A stretch of DNA of 64,000 nt, taken from NCBI GenBank assembly GCA_030141605.1, contig JAQGDQ010000643.1, forward strand, positions 56,078-120,077, in the 5' to 3' direction. The notes beneath the pieces were generated by a model, which saw nothing but the letters and a program-made list of their open reading frames with translations, did not search any database and was not told where the DNA came from. This document shows positions 1 through 52,438 of the stretch, in pieces; position 1 is the first letter of the stretch, and each line of letters starts with the position of its first letter. This DNA is from Tubiluchus corallicola. Lineage: Eukaryota > Animalia > Priapulida. A program made the translations under genes and the position numbers.

Positions 1-124
1 CACTTTGTGCTGGCTTCTCACCTATTTTCTCCATAGTGTCCCCGGAAATAACATTCAATCTACCGTGGGTATTTCCACTGAAGACTGTCTGCGGCCGGGA
101 TTTTACTTTAGCCCCTGTTCCCAT
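1..124 (-). CDS. Probable start of retrotransposon ORF2 (MGTGAKVKSRPQTVFSG...), truncated by the window edge
   Basis: ATG at 124, 12 nt after the ORF1 stop, open to position 1. No catalytic motif is visible in this part. Confidence 0.4.
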   Translation of the reverse strand, partial: MGTGAKVKSRPQTVFSGNTHGRLNVISGDTMEKIGEKPAQS

Positions 125-136
125 ACTTTTCTGTAT

Positions 137-1492
137 TTACGTTTCCATACTGGACTCAGGTGCCTTCATCTGCGATTGCTCGACAGACGGCAGCTCCTTT
201 GTTCCAGTGGCAACGTCGGGGGTTTTTCCACCCTCGGTACTCACTTCTGGACCCTTATCCACCGTTTGAACAGGTGTTTCCGGTTCCTTGGCTTTCCCTT
301 GGTTTTCCTTTTTCTTTTTGGACTGGAACGTGACTCGTTTGCATCCGGCGTACGGAGCAAACTCCAGTCGTTCCAGACCTGACAGGGACGGTTTCCAGAC
401 CGCTACTACGTGTAGCATTCCGCCGACCCCTTTTGACCCACCGCGGACCTCCATGTGCTTCCGTTGGAGTTCCGAATTACATCGGTCCACCAACATCAGC
501 AGATCCTAGATTTTGATATCATCCTCATCCGGAATCCAAACCCCGAAGGTCCTTGCTGGCGGAAGATCTTTCGGTCCTCTCGCCTCGTACCCCGGGTGGC
601 CCACAGATGGGTTTTCAATGTCCAGGACAAGCTGTTTTGCCCACTCCAGGGTTTTCTCGTCCTTGCACACGACATGGACTTTACCTTCATGTAGGTAGGT
701 CCTCTCAATGCGGACAAGAAACCCCGGATCCGTTCTGAGAAGGACACGGTTGATCCCCGACTGTATTGCCCGTAAATCCGAGCCGTCCAGAGGGTCGTCT
801 CCCGCGTCCTTTTTTGTAATTTTAAGGTGTTGGCCGCCAGACTTCACAGCCTTGGCGTATGAGGCCTTACTGCTTCCTTCTGTGCCTTCACCCTTTTGAC
901 CTTCCTCTCCCTTATGCCCCGCTTGCCCGGAGTCACCCCGGGGTCGCTTCACGTTCGAGATCGGACTTGGAGTTGAGAGAGCGCTGCTCGTTCTCTTTTT
1001 CACCACCGATGGGTTAGGAGTGGGAGCCTCCTCCTGATTGGCGATCGACATAGCCGACACACCTTTCAGAAGTCGTCTCTTTTCCTTCTTCCGCCGGTTT
1101 TTTTCATGATTTTTCCCCATCGGTTTCGATTCCTCGGGCTTGCTGGGCTCATTTGGAGCACCAGGATTCCGGGTATCTACTCCTTCTGGGGCAGGTACGG
1201 TGTTCAGAGTATACTCTGACAACGCCGAACCTTTACTGGTCTTTGTAGTCCATGGATTCCCTTTTTCAGAGACTTGCATGTCCTCAGTTTCTTCCAAGAA
1301 CTCCATAATTTTCGGCTGTTCTGGTTTCAAATCTGGTTCACGGGAAGATCCGGCTTTCACCGGCTTGTTCCCTGCAGCTTCGTTTAAATTTTGATGACGG
1401 GAAGATCCGGCTTTCACCGGCTTGTTCCCAGCAGGTTTTAATTTTGTTAGGGTAGGGAGCCGTGCTGGACTCGATTTTTCTTTCTCGTTCAT
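137..1492 (-). pseudogene. Retrotransposon ORF1 (gag-like, ~450 codons; C-terminal half resembles DUF4780-type ORF1 proteins), interrupted by one in-frame TAG at 508-506
   Basis: Track ORFs 506..1531 and 137..496 are in the same frame (atc TAG gat ctg ctg atg). Basic, low-complexity N-terminus with a duplicated AGNKPVKAGSSR, then SYAKAVK and a globular region. The domain name is from recall, not a search. Confidence 0.65.
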
Positions 1493-2002
1493 TTCATAAG
1501 TTTGTTGGTTTTTAAAGCGGGTAAACTCCAACCCAGGAGCCGACTGGCACTCACCAGCCCCCTCCGACCGGAAGAGATCAGGGACCTAGTACTGACGGAC
1601 TTGTCAACGAAAGGTGGCCTCGGGAATGCCCCCCCAACGCACTCGCAGGCCCCTATCCAGTCGCCAACTGGAGCTACGAGTGCGAGGAGATTTTCACGAG
1701 TTGACGGAGGCAGCCCTCCCAGGTGGCTAGACCAGGAGCGGGCCTCTAGAACTACCTCGTGGCCGCGGCACGGAGCGCGTTTTAGACCTGTACCCTCCTT
1801 CACGATGAGATTCCGTCATAGGTTCCTTTCCCTCCCCCGCCTTTAGAGACAAGGTTCATGACAGCCGGTGGCCTTTGGAGGACAGACTCAGATTACGGAA
1901 TGGGGAAGACTTCGGAGAAAACAGGCTTCTCGCTTTCGCTTGTTCCTGAGTTCCTAATTCTCCCACCACGCCCCATCCTTGTTCATTCCCCAGCAGCCAG
2001 GG

Positions 2003-2093
2003 TGTTCCTAGTCAGCCAGAATCATTTGATAACCCTCGGGTCCATCATCTGTTGCCCGCGCGACACCACGTGGAGGTCAGGAACATGCCGCGC
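2003..2093 (-). ncRNA. HDV-like self-cleaving ribozyme
   Basis: P1 GCGCGGC/GUCGCGC, P2 UGUUCCUG/C(U)AGGAACA, P3 ACC/GGU, L3 UCCACGU, P1.1 CC/GG, J1.1/4 GCAA, P4 CAGA..UCUG, J4/2 G-C-U-G-A with the catalytic C at 2015. Confidence 0.9.
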
Positions 2094-2482
2094 CTGTTAA
2101 ATGTACATTTAACTGCCTCAATGTTAGAATAGATAAAACTGTTTCAAAGTTGACTGGAAAAATTCACAGCGTAAATAAAAAATCATTGAGCCATGCGATT
2201 TAAATTACGCTTTGCCGTGATCACAAAAAGCTACGTGATAATGTACTACTATTCATTTCATATTAAAGTTTAATGTTTCAAGTGTGGTACATAGCAAGCC
2301 AAGTCCCAATGAAGAGGGATGAATTAACGTTATAACAAAACACATACCTAGTTGTCTATCGAAGTGTCCGGTAGGCCGAAACATGGCTTAAAACTGGATT
2401 CGCTTTGGAATCTTTCAGAGCAAAAATGAGTAAAAAGCACCTGACAATTTCGCTAAGGTACTGTACAGCATCGTCACTATCG

Positions 2483-2490
2483 TGACGTCA
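2483..2490. promoter_or_regulatory. Perfect CRE/ATF palindrome TGACGTCA in the CpG-richer ABCC promoter region
   Basis: Exact motif ~305 nt upstream of the ABCC ATG. Function not shown. Confidence 0.35.
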
Positions 2491-2794
2491 TGGGCAAACA
2501 GCATTTACCAGACCGAACAAATCGCTAAACGATCATTTATTAACGATCGAGTAAGGTCTGTCGTGTGTGTACAGTGCAAAGTGGATCTGTGTGATTTTGA
2601 TAGTTTCTGATTTGTAAACTTTTCGGAAGTCATTCACGAGTTTCGCTTGCAACTCGTCTACCGGGTTGGTTTAAGCAATGATGCAGTGTGTTAAAATTTT
2701 TAAATCTGAAAATTTAAGACTATAGCAGCAACTTGAACTTCGTGTCGGAAAAAGGATGACTTGATTAGTACCGTAATTTAGTATTCCAATCATT

Positions 2795-42406
<39,612 letters not shown>

Positions 42407-44233
42407 TGGCGGTTTTGTTCTTAGTATGTTAAGCTTTAGCTGTCACCTTAGCATGACAACTTTGTTTTTGGTTCAAGCAAAAAATGTGCTTAAAAATGTG
42501 AAATTCTGATGTTTCATGACAAATGAGTGTATTTGTCGATGCTGACTAAGCAGGAGAAATGTCCATTGGAAAACGCACGTTATCGTTGCAACTGAATTGT
42601 TTTTCCACAATCTTCACGGAGAATTAATATATCACGAGCAGTATTTTAGTAATTTTTAATAAATTTACGAATTTTTTTGTATAATTTTTACACGAACGAG
42701 CAAATCTATTTACAAGTGGATAATGTACTTTCGTTACATTAATGTGATTAGCAAGCAATATGAATGCAGTCTGCAGAAAATCAAAACTGTGCAAAATGTG
42801 TTTATAAGAAGACAAAAACTATTAGAACCACCCATCAATGATCAGTAATGCACGAACACACCACGTGCGGGCCGGTTATGCAAAAGGTGCAACAAAAATT
42901 CACTGAAAAATGTTTTTCCTAGCGAATAAATCATCAAATTAGAATGATACCGTTCTCATGCTACTCGGTACAAGTGAGAATTCTACAGTCTATAGTCCAC
43001 TTCTTTCTACTAGTATAGACTGGCTTCCAGGATGCCCGTTTAGTTCTAAAAACCAACTTTCTGAAGGTGTGGATTCGCAAAGATGTGCAAACTAGATATG
43101 CGGAGCCTTGCCTCTTGGGGAGTTTCTAACTTGCATTTTTTAATAATAATAGAAACGCAGTTATCAAATACGCTCGTGTGATGTCGGCTTAATTAGTAAT
43201 TGTCTACTTGATGAGAATTAATTAGTTTGGCACAGACATTTTCTGTTATATTTACAGTCATTTATTTACTGCAATGTTCATTAATATTTCAAGTGGATTC
43301 ACGCACTTGACAGTCCAAAAGTACGAATCCAACATTACGCAAGTTTTAAGTTTAATGTTACACAAAGTTAATTAATAGGATTAATTGATTATGTGAACAC
43401 TGTGGAGGTCCCCGGCGGGGCATTTCCTGTCTTAAATCTATCATTGCTAAGTCTAGGAAAAAGACAATCCGGTGTTCATGGATTTTGCAGATTATAGACA
43501 TGGATATCTTGGTAATTCTGCTGATTTTGCGGATCTGTGGATCTAACATATCTTGACTCCACACATCTCTGGTTTATTTCTGCATCTACTAGGAAACAAA
43601 ACTATGTCTATGACATCTCCTTACAAAAGGATATGTATAAGTTACATCTAGCACACAACCCGACACAATCCCGTCTTTTAACTCAAGCTTGTAGCTTTTG
43701 CTGAAATTGACCAAAAGAGTTTTTTAACTGATGCTTTTTCGAATTGCTCTGATTCGCGAAGAAACACGTAAACCTTTAAGGGATGATACAAACCAAAGAT
43801 GAACTACCTAATACCTCAACATGTCCAAAATAATGACCATGGTTCACTTGAATCCAAGCATTTAAATTCGACTTGAAATTTTCTTTAATTGAAATTGGCT
43901 TCGAATGCAACATTGTGAATTTGAATAATTCAACACCTCATTCACTTACATTCACTGTTTAACATGAAAATATTTGAACATGGTGCAGTCAGTAAAGCCA
44001 CACTGACTATGCACATTTTTTATTAGATTATTATAGTTTTCACTGTAGATATAGAACAAAGTTAGACAGTATTATAAAAAAAACAAGTTTTATTAAAAAC
44101 TTCAAGATACAAAATGTTAAAAATACGTCACAAACGTTTCTACTGCAGGCTGTTAGATGTACCTCAACAAGCCTTCTTCCTTTAATTTTGTTTACAAACA
44201 TCTATTTGTACTTTCACTGTACACACCTCCTTC

Positions 44234-45308
44234 AAAGGCTGGCAGTAGAGGATGGTACGAAAAAAATACCGTACTTTGTACCTTTAAAAATATCGTACCG
44301 TAATTTCTTACCTTTAAAAATATCGTACCGTACCTACAAAATCTAATCGTACCGTAGCAGTACGATAAAATATCGTAGCATAATTCCGTACCAAGTAGGA
44401 TCTACTACAAAAAGATAAAGAGTGGCGTAAAATTTAACTGCAAAACGATAAGTTTATCAATTATTGTTACGAATTTACGCATACTATAAAAACAGAACTG
44501 CTTTTTGAACTTCCACAGGCTTACTATTTATTTTAGGTTGCAAAAGTTACACGAAATTATGTAAGAGATATAAAATTATTTTGCGTTACTTTTTCTTAAT
44601 AAAATAATTTTGTGGTAGACACTGTGAGTTACGTTCGTTAACTAGTTTTCAATGGCTGTCTTAAATTACGTGCTCACTAGTGACAAACTTTTAATGATAA
44701 TCCAAATTTAGAATCTTGCCGAAAATATTTGTAACTATACCAAGCGGGCTGCACAATTTAACGTGTTAGGTCGGTACGTTTCGAATTTCTTTCGTTGGCA
44801 AAGCAAATCTTTAACTCAAATGTTGCACTCAAGCTATGCAGATTTTTTGAAACAAGAACGAATGTAAGTAAGAATGGCACAGAAAAAAGGCGAGGTTTTT
44901 AGAGTGGCATTTTTACCTGCGTCATTTTACCGTTTCTATACAAATCTCAGAAATAACAGTTAGAACAGGTGTTACATGAATAGGTGTCAAACGTAGTAAG
45001 CAATATACCCAGTTTGTACAAGGACAACAATAAAGGTTAGTTAATTTACGAGAAATGACAACCGGCACTTCTAAATAACTTGCCGCTTTTCGCCCTCAAA
45101 GCGAACCAATCTAGTCGTTTTGTTTGCATGTGCTCTGTGTTAATTAGGGAAGAACAATAAGTCCCCACCCATGAGAGAAAACAAGTCGCACAAAGGTTAC
45201 AAGAAGCTGAGCAAAATGGTACGAAAAAATATCGTAATTTCGTACCGTACAGTAATGTTGAAAAAATACTGTACCGTAATTTCGTACCGCACCGTACTGC
45301 CAGCCTTG
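44234..45308. mobile_element. hAT-like non-autonomous element with cgtaccgta subterminal repeats
   Basis: aaggctggcagta ... tactgccagcctt 13-bp inverted ends; flanks cctccttc/ccttcttt (6/8). Confidence 0.65.
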
Positions 45309-45867
45309 CCTTCTTTCCTTAACTTTATTTACAAACGTCTAGCCGTACTTTTACTGTACATTCTTCTTATCTACAGGTCTGTTAATTCATTACATCTTTG
45401 GCTTCCTTGTAAATGCATAATTAGTGAATTAGTGTATGCTCTGCCTGTAAAACTGGTTGTTTGTTTGTAAAATCTATCACACTGAAGATGACTGCAGACT
45501 GCGATATGTTTTTTAACATTGTATCTTAAAGCTTTTAATAAAAAGTTGTTTCTTGTTAATAAAATTGCAAATGCTAGTAAAAATTAAACGGTACACGTGA
45601 TCTTCGTGAGACTGTTCTCTATTACTGATTCGAAATTACTTAATCCGAACTCGATTAGATATCTTGAAATTCGGTTCTGATTGAAGGCCAAGAATTCGAT
45701 TCGAATGCAATTTCTGACAATATATGATCGGCTGTAATATAACTTTTCCGGGCGAGGATAATAAGGAATACTGTTTGTGAATTACAGGAAAAATCAAATG
45801 ATGTTGGTGCTGCTGTTGTTCATTGTACAGTAACTGTAGATAGAATTTTTTTGAATTATATGAAATA

Positions 45868-46355
45868 CAGTCAACCTCGGATATAAAGGACACCTCGGGA
45901 CCGGACAAAATTGTCCCTTATAGCCGAAGTCGAGTGAGACCGAGGGTGTATCTAGACCTGCGAGCTCTTTATACCTCATCTGGTAGCCTAACGCCCAATG
46001 AACCGTTTGTTGCAATGTATGTAATACACCTTGCGCTCTGACCTATTTCTATCATTACAGCCACAAGATTCGACCGTAGTCCAAGGGAATACAGTCGGTC
46101 CCACGCGGGGTCTTGGCATAGGTTTTTTAGGATGTAAAAAATATTTGATCATAGGGTCCCTTATATGCGAGGTAATTTACCTGGGTTTCTATTACGCGGG
46201 ACCTGAAGATATCATCCCTTATAACCGAAAGTCCCTTATATCCGAGTAGCTTATATACGAAGATTTTTTATAAGGAAAAACGTTACGAAAAATCAGGACT
46301 GGTGTTGGTGGGTGGTCCTTTATAAGCGAATGTCCCTTATACCCGAGGTTGACTG
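45868..46355. mobile_element. Tc1/mariner-pogo type MITE, 488 bp
   Basis: TA|cagtcaacctcggatataagg ... ccttatacccgaggttgactg|TA, with internal repeats of ccttata..cga. Confidence 0.9.
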
Positions 46356-47205
46356 TATGTTGTTACTATTGTTAACTGTTGATTCTAATGATTGTACATT
46401 TTATTATGAAAATTGCTGTAATAATTTTAGTAGGTTGATGCACAGGCGTATAATCACTCCACTACAATGTAATGTAAAAGGTATGTGATGCCATCTCTTG
46501 ACTAAAGAAACAAGTATTATGTATTGGTACTGTTTTAAACAATCAAGAGCGAACATTTAATTGAAACAACATGGTTAAGATAAACGTTGGAGCTTCGTAT
46601 CAAGTTTTGTTATACCAACTGCACAACAACAAGCTACATTAATATTATATTTTTATATCTATAAAGCAATTTTACACGTTGGGTCTTTCTTAAACATTCC
46701 ACACTGCCAAAAATTATAACTTTTGTTTCCAGATTTTTTGTACTGTTATTAAATTTTTAATTACTGATGAAATGTAATCATGTTACGAATGTATTTTATG
46801 ATCTTTTTACCATAAAAGGTGTTATTTGATAAGTATCAAAACAAATAAAAAATTTCATTCGAAACAACTGTATATGTATCAATTTTTGTAAAAATATCGT
46901 CTGCATATTCTTGCTAAAATTTACACATGTACAAACTGTGCTACAAAGTCCACTTTCTTGTGTATTTCAACTATCTCAATGTCATGACAGCTCAACACGT
47001 GTGCTTCTGCCTCTGTACAGAATTAAATTCCAACTGTCAATTGAAAATTTTAGCTTTTTGATTTCTTACTACATACCGGCCGAATAAGATGAACCACTCT
47101 CAGATGCAGTCTTAATTCAGATAAAGTTTATTACCTAACACAAGCTTTTTTGGTTCTTGTAAAAAACTGTACATCTGCCAGGCACACTGTCACGTCAAGA
47201 TGAGA

Positions 47206-50200
47206 TCAAATATGGGTGTTAAATAGACTAATTGCTTCATCTATGTTGTATATAGTTTCTATGGGTGTCCATTTTAATATAGGATTTGCTGTTGTGAAGC
47301 AGTCTTTTGCCGTTACATCAATTGTTTCTTCTTCTAGAGGAATAAAGAGCTTATACGAATGCAACATCATGCGATATGGAAGTACGTCGGTACGGTTACT
47401 ATATGCATAATCTCCTATGATTCGATGTCCAGTGTAATCACAATGAACTCGTATCTGGTGCCTTCGACCTGAAAACAGTAGTAAGCCTAGTCAGTTAATG
47501 GACAGATGCTGTTCATTATTTACAGATGAATTTAACTGACGTTTAAGCAGAATATTATGCACACCGAGTCTTTCTAAGATGCGCCTGACAGTCCAGTGCC
47601 CGTTTTAAAGGATTATCTTTGATACGGATATAGAATCTGGTTCCTCTGCAACCATTTCATTGGTTAGATCCTTCGCTTAAGTGACAGACCCCAGTCTGTA
47701 AAGTGTTGAAGTTGAAATGTAGGAAAATGAAATAAGCATTGCTAATTACTTTAACAGTCCAATGACTTTGTTTGTCTTGTGCGTAGAGCTTACATTATGA
47801 CATTAAGAATCTGAGTAAGAATTGAGTTATCGCCAATGCTTGAAAGATGCAACTGGTGTGGATTGCTGAATGAAAACAAAAACTAACAAATCGGGAGAAG
47901 TACCGCTTAATGGATAAAAGATGTACAACGCCTGCTGAACAAAAGAGGCACAGTGGCTTCTTCTCTAGCAAGGTGATGAATGATCCAAAATCCATGTCTG
48001 ATTCAATAAATGGCAGATTGAGCCACTTCTTTCAGTTGGACACTTGCATTTTGAGAAAGAGAGGCATGTGAAAGGACAGAGGAGATAAGATCAGTTGATT
48101 ACATGTTCATCTTTCATATGCTATATCCTATATTTGCCTTTAGTTTTGGATATTCTCAGTAATTATCATTACAAAACTTCAGTTAGAACAAAAAACTGTA
48201 TATAAACATTGGTATCCAATCTGCTACCACTACAGATCATCATCATCATCATCTTCATCATCATCATCATCATATGCTAATTAAGTCTATTAGAGACATT
48301 GGGCAGGCAGAATTCTAAAATAAAAGATACCTGCCCTCAAAACAAAAAAAAACTAGGCACTGCTATGCCAGTGGCTTGTCAGCACCACTTCCGATGCTAA
48401 CGAATATATAAATGTTAACCTACCGCATGAAGAACAACTATAGGTGTTCTCTTGGCTCATAACTTCATAGTAATAAATCAACAGTAAGCAAACTATACTC
48501 AGTTTTTCAAGTCAAACAGTATGACTCCTAGTGACTATTTCAGTTCATATATTGCAACTTTAACCCTAATGTATTTTATGCACTGATACTGTGTGCTGCT
48601 GTAGTGATCTACCTGTGACTGGTTTAACGAGCAGTTTTGTAGCCGGATGCTTCCCGTAAAAACCTCGCTGTAAAGTCACCAAGTATGTCAGCGCATCTCT
48701 AGCCTCCTCACAGTGTTTCTTATCAATGGTGCACATCTTCAGAGCTTCCGGTTGTGAACTGTCCTTTCCGATGGGCTTATCAATCTTCAAAACGTCATCT
48801 TTGACATGTCCCCAGACCTGACATTATCAATATTTACGAAACATTAATGCAACAGTTTGGTCAGCTTTATGGACAGACAAATAGACAAGCAGTCAGTGAA
48901 CATTTTGCTTATAAAACTTCCACTTCTTTTTCTACATTGGAAATGATCAACTAACACCATTAGTGTCCTATAGCAATAAATCTCAGTAATACAGATACTG
49001 TAGCTGTTCAAGGCTTATTACAGCCATGCCACTGCCAGTGCGAACTACTAAGTAGAATTCCATCATATAGACCATTAAAACAACAATTACTCTGGTTATT
49101 TGTCCACTCATAAAGTAAATTTATCTGAGGATATTATGTAAATATAATAATAATAATGTAATCAATAATCTGAAGCACGTGTACACTGCCGAAATAATTG
49201 TAACAAAGCCTCATGATGTTATGGAAATTGAGTACTAAATCAGGATTGGAGCATTACTAGATATTAGTTACAAAATATAGCAACAATATTGTTGAGAGCA
49301 GAACCAAAAATTACTGGCAGATGGTGGTTCATACCAGAGTTGTCAGAAATGTCAGCTTTCTTTACAGTTGTGCATGCAAAAAGGATGTTAAAAGAGCTTT
49401 TGCCTTCATTAAAGTCAATTGCACTGACTTTTTATTTTTCACTAAAGCTGCTTCAAAATGTTCTAATCTAAATTGCAACTGACGTCTAACATAATGTCAA
49501 TCATTTTCGTTGACTGCCGAATCAGCGTGCAAGTTATTTCGCACCCCTGCAGAGCTTAATTAACGCAGGTACGTTCGGGACATTTGGCTACAGGCTGGCT
49601 CTAATGCTGTTATGAAAAATGCTCAACTTTTCATTAGTTAGCGGAAGAAATATTGGCTTGGTTCTAGATTTTAATATTGTCAATTGAAACTACAAGTGAA
49701 TTAGTGGAAATATATAGTCTAGTTTCGTTTATAGGAAGAAATGCACAATGCTTACGTCTATGAGTTGCTGATTAAACCATTTTGCAATCAAGAAAATACG
49801 CAGTTTAGTTTAGTTTATGGAATTGTAAGTTAGATAAAAACAACTATTTGATTAACTTTAAATAAGAACAAAACAAAATGTTTTTTTTTCTATCCAGTTT
49901 TCATAAACCCCAATGAGATATTCACTGTCAAAATTAATTCAAGTATGGTCATAATTTATATTATACATTAATGTAATATTAGTTAATTTTACGCTATTTT
50001 TCTGGTTATAATCATGGTTAACAGAAAGCTGCCATTGGTACTTATGTAACTCAGACATTCAATATAAGGGTCATCTATGGAATAGAACAATCAAATTTAT
50101 TCCACTTCCGTAGCCTAACAAACGGAAAAATGCAAAAACTGAATAAACCTTGCAAACGAGCACATGATAAGTTAATAAAGAAAAATACATCACAGGCATG

Positions 50201-52261
50201 ATGTTCATATGTTTAAATGCAAGAGAGACAATATATTTTTGCAGCCCATTTATTGTAATAAACCTAGGCTAACTGGCTTAGTTTCTTTATTATATTTATG
50301 TCTCTGTATTTTGCAGTGGTTTGAAACTTCATCTCCACATTCTGTTTAAATCGAAAAGTCATTTTTTGGCTACTTGAAGTTAATTTCGTGCAAAAATAGA
50401 AACTGGTCTGCAAATTTGTGTTTATGTTAAAGTGCAATCAGTTTATCTGCTGATTAGACATTAGTTGTGACTGTTAGTTTAGTTTAGCTTAGACAGTTGT
50501 TGTCTTGCGTGAGCTGTTGTCCTGAATGCTGCTGAGCATGTTGATGTTACAGCGGGGGCGGAGAGATAGACCAACATGTTTGACGTCAATTCTAAAACAA
50601 AGTTAGAATCACCAGTGCAGTTAAATTACACACTCATCTACCTAATATTAAGTATCATGTATCAAGTTTCAGTAATTATAATAATAGCATCAAGCATCAT
50701 GAATTGCCATTAAGGGTAATCAATCTCCACTTGTGACACACGACTCCCTACTCAACTTTTTGAGTTTTCGATGATATTTTTCCAATTTTCCGTTTCACAT
50801 GTGTAACGTTCCTACAAAATGAACGTTGCAGAACAATGATTCGAAACCACCATATTTTTATCAATAAAAATCTTTTGGCACAACGTGTAATTTTTGATCT
50901 TTGTTAGTAAGTTAAGATAAGCCAGGACAAAGCCAAGAAAGTTTAGTTGAAAAAAGCAAGCAGTAAAGTGTTGCAATTCTTCAGTCTGCACAGGTGAGAA
51001 ATGATGGTCACAGCATGATAGCCATCTCCTATTATATATTTATTTTTTACTTTAAGGCAAGACATTACAGTATGTAATTTATAATCTGGCAAAAATACCA
51101 ACTAATTTACCTATGCTGCCACCATCACCAGAGAAATAATAGCAAATTAATCATTAATTAAGCTAAGTAGCTCAAGAGCTTAGGGACAAAGAGCCCCAAG
51201 TAATAATATAAATTAGATGACACCTTTTAGTATATTAATGCATTGAATGAAGGATGGGACAGAAGTGTATCAAGGAGAGTCTTAGCAAAAACACTTAGAT
51301 GCCTGCAATAGTAGTTAATCCCCGCAAGTCAACTACCGGCAAGTACAATGTTTCACTTACTAGAGCAAGATACAGTTTCAATGCTTGTTTTTTGTAGAAT
51401 GCATTTCCTCCATTAGCCGCTGCCTTTTTCGTCAATGCAATGCATAATGCTCCACTTGTGGCAAAATCTAGTCGATGTACAAATCTGTCAAACACGTATA
51501 TCACATACTCAAAACATAATGCAAACACGATTCGTATTTTATATAGTTTAAAACGACTGTTATAATTTACATTGTGACTTGCAATGGTCACCTGTGGGAC
51601 AATCATACAAAAGATGTTCATATTTTGTCTATGATATCGCAAGTTTCCATAGACTAAGCAAATAGCAAAAAATTTATTGCTATCAAAACACGTACATAAT
51701 AATAATAATTAATATTTCCAATATTTTCATGTACCTGTCATATTATTATTATTATTATAAATAAAGGTAGAAAAAAAATAGAAGTATCATTAAGTGTTTT
51801 ATTCTCCTGACACAGAGGTCGTGGATAAACTGCAATGCAACTAGTACAAGAAAAACAAACATGTTAATTTATTATTATTATTAACACTGCAAGTTGAGCA
51901 GTGTTTCGACTTGTATAATTATTGTATGCACGTAGTTAGCGTAAACTCACCTAAATCCAAAGCATACAGCGTTATCCACTAAACTTGGAAATTTCGCCGT
52001 CAACTGTTTAGAAACTGTGACAATTGGTTTAGTCTCATTACTATTAATAACTATGTCATAATTTTTATTGACTACAATAAAGTTATTGCTTTTGTAAAGC
52101 ACTTCTAGTTCATGTAATTTAGGCAGTTTTCTTCCACTTACGAAATCCCGAAGTAAACTGACGAACTTATTGTAAAGAAAGTTAAATGAAGTAAACATAG
52201 CACCTATCAAGTGCACATAACTAAGGAAAATCCATGACACTATTAAAGATAAAATTTTCAT
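47206..52261 (-). CDS. RPUSD1: RluA-family RNA pseudouridine synthase, RPUSD1-like, 300 aa, 4 coding exons
   Basis: Exons 52261-51951, 51484-51361, 48817-48613 and 47468-47206 join in phase (903 nt). Motifs: FIVVNK, catalytic HRLDFATSG, YLALVWG, PVTGRRHQIRVHC, IIGDYAY, RMMLHS. Confidence 0.88.
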
Positions 52262-52438
52262 ATTAGGACGCTGACATTTTGTTTTCCCAACAGGATCATG
52301 TAATCGATAAAACCGGCGTAATCGACAGGAAACTGAGCCTGAGTGCACAACCCATGCTGGACATGCAATAACAAAAGTTACCCAACTAATTTCTTGGCTT
52401 CTATTTGGCGGTTAAAGCTTACGATACACTAAAGTGGC

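Larger units (their letters stand above)
1..2093 (-). mobile_element. 5' part of a two-ORF non-LTR retrotransposon (probably LOA/R1/I group), running off the window's left edge
   Basis: GC-rich block that ends sharply at ~2095. It has an HDV-like ribozyme at the 5' end, a ~600-nt leader, a gag-like ORF1 (1492-137), and a second ORF starting ATG at 124 that stays open to the edge. The clade is inferred from layout and ORF1 character. Confidence 0.8.

Noticed and set aside
46763-46792. ctgatga...gttacgaat as a hammerhead core
   Set aside because: GAAA box is absent and stems I and III do not form.
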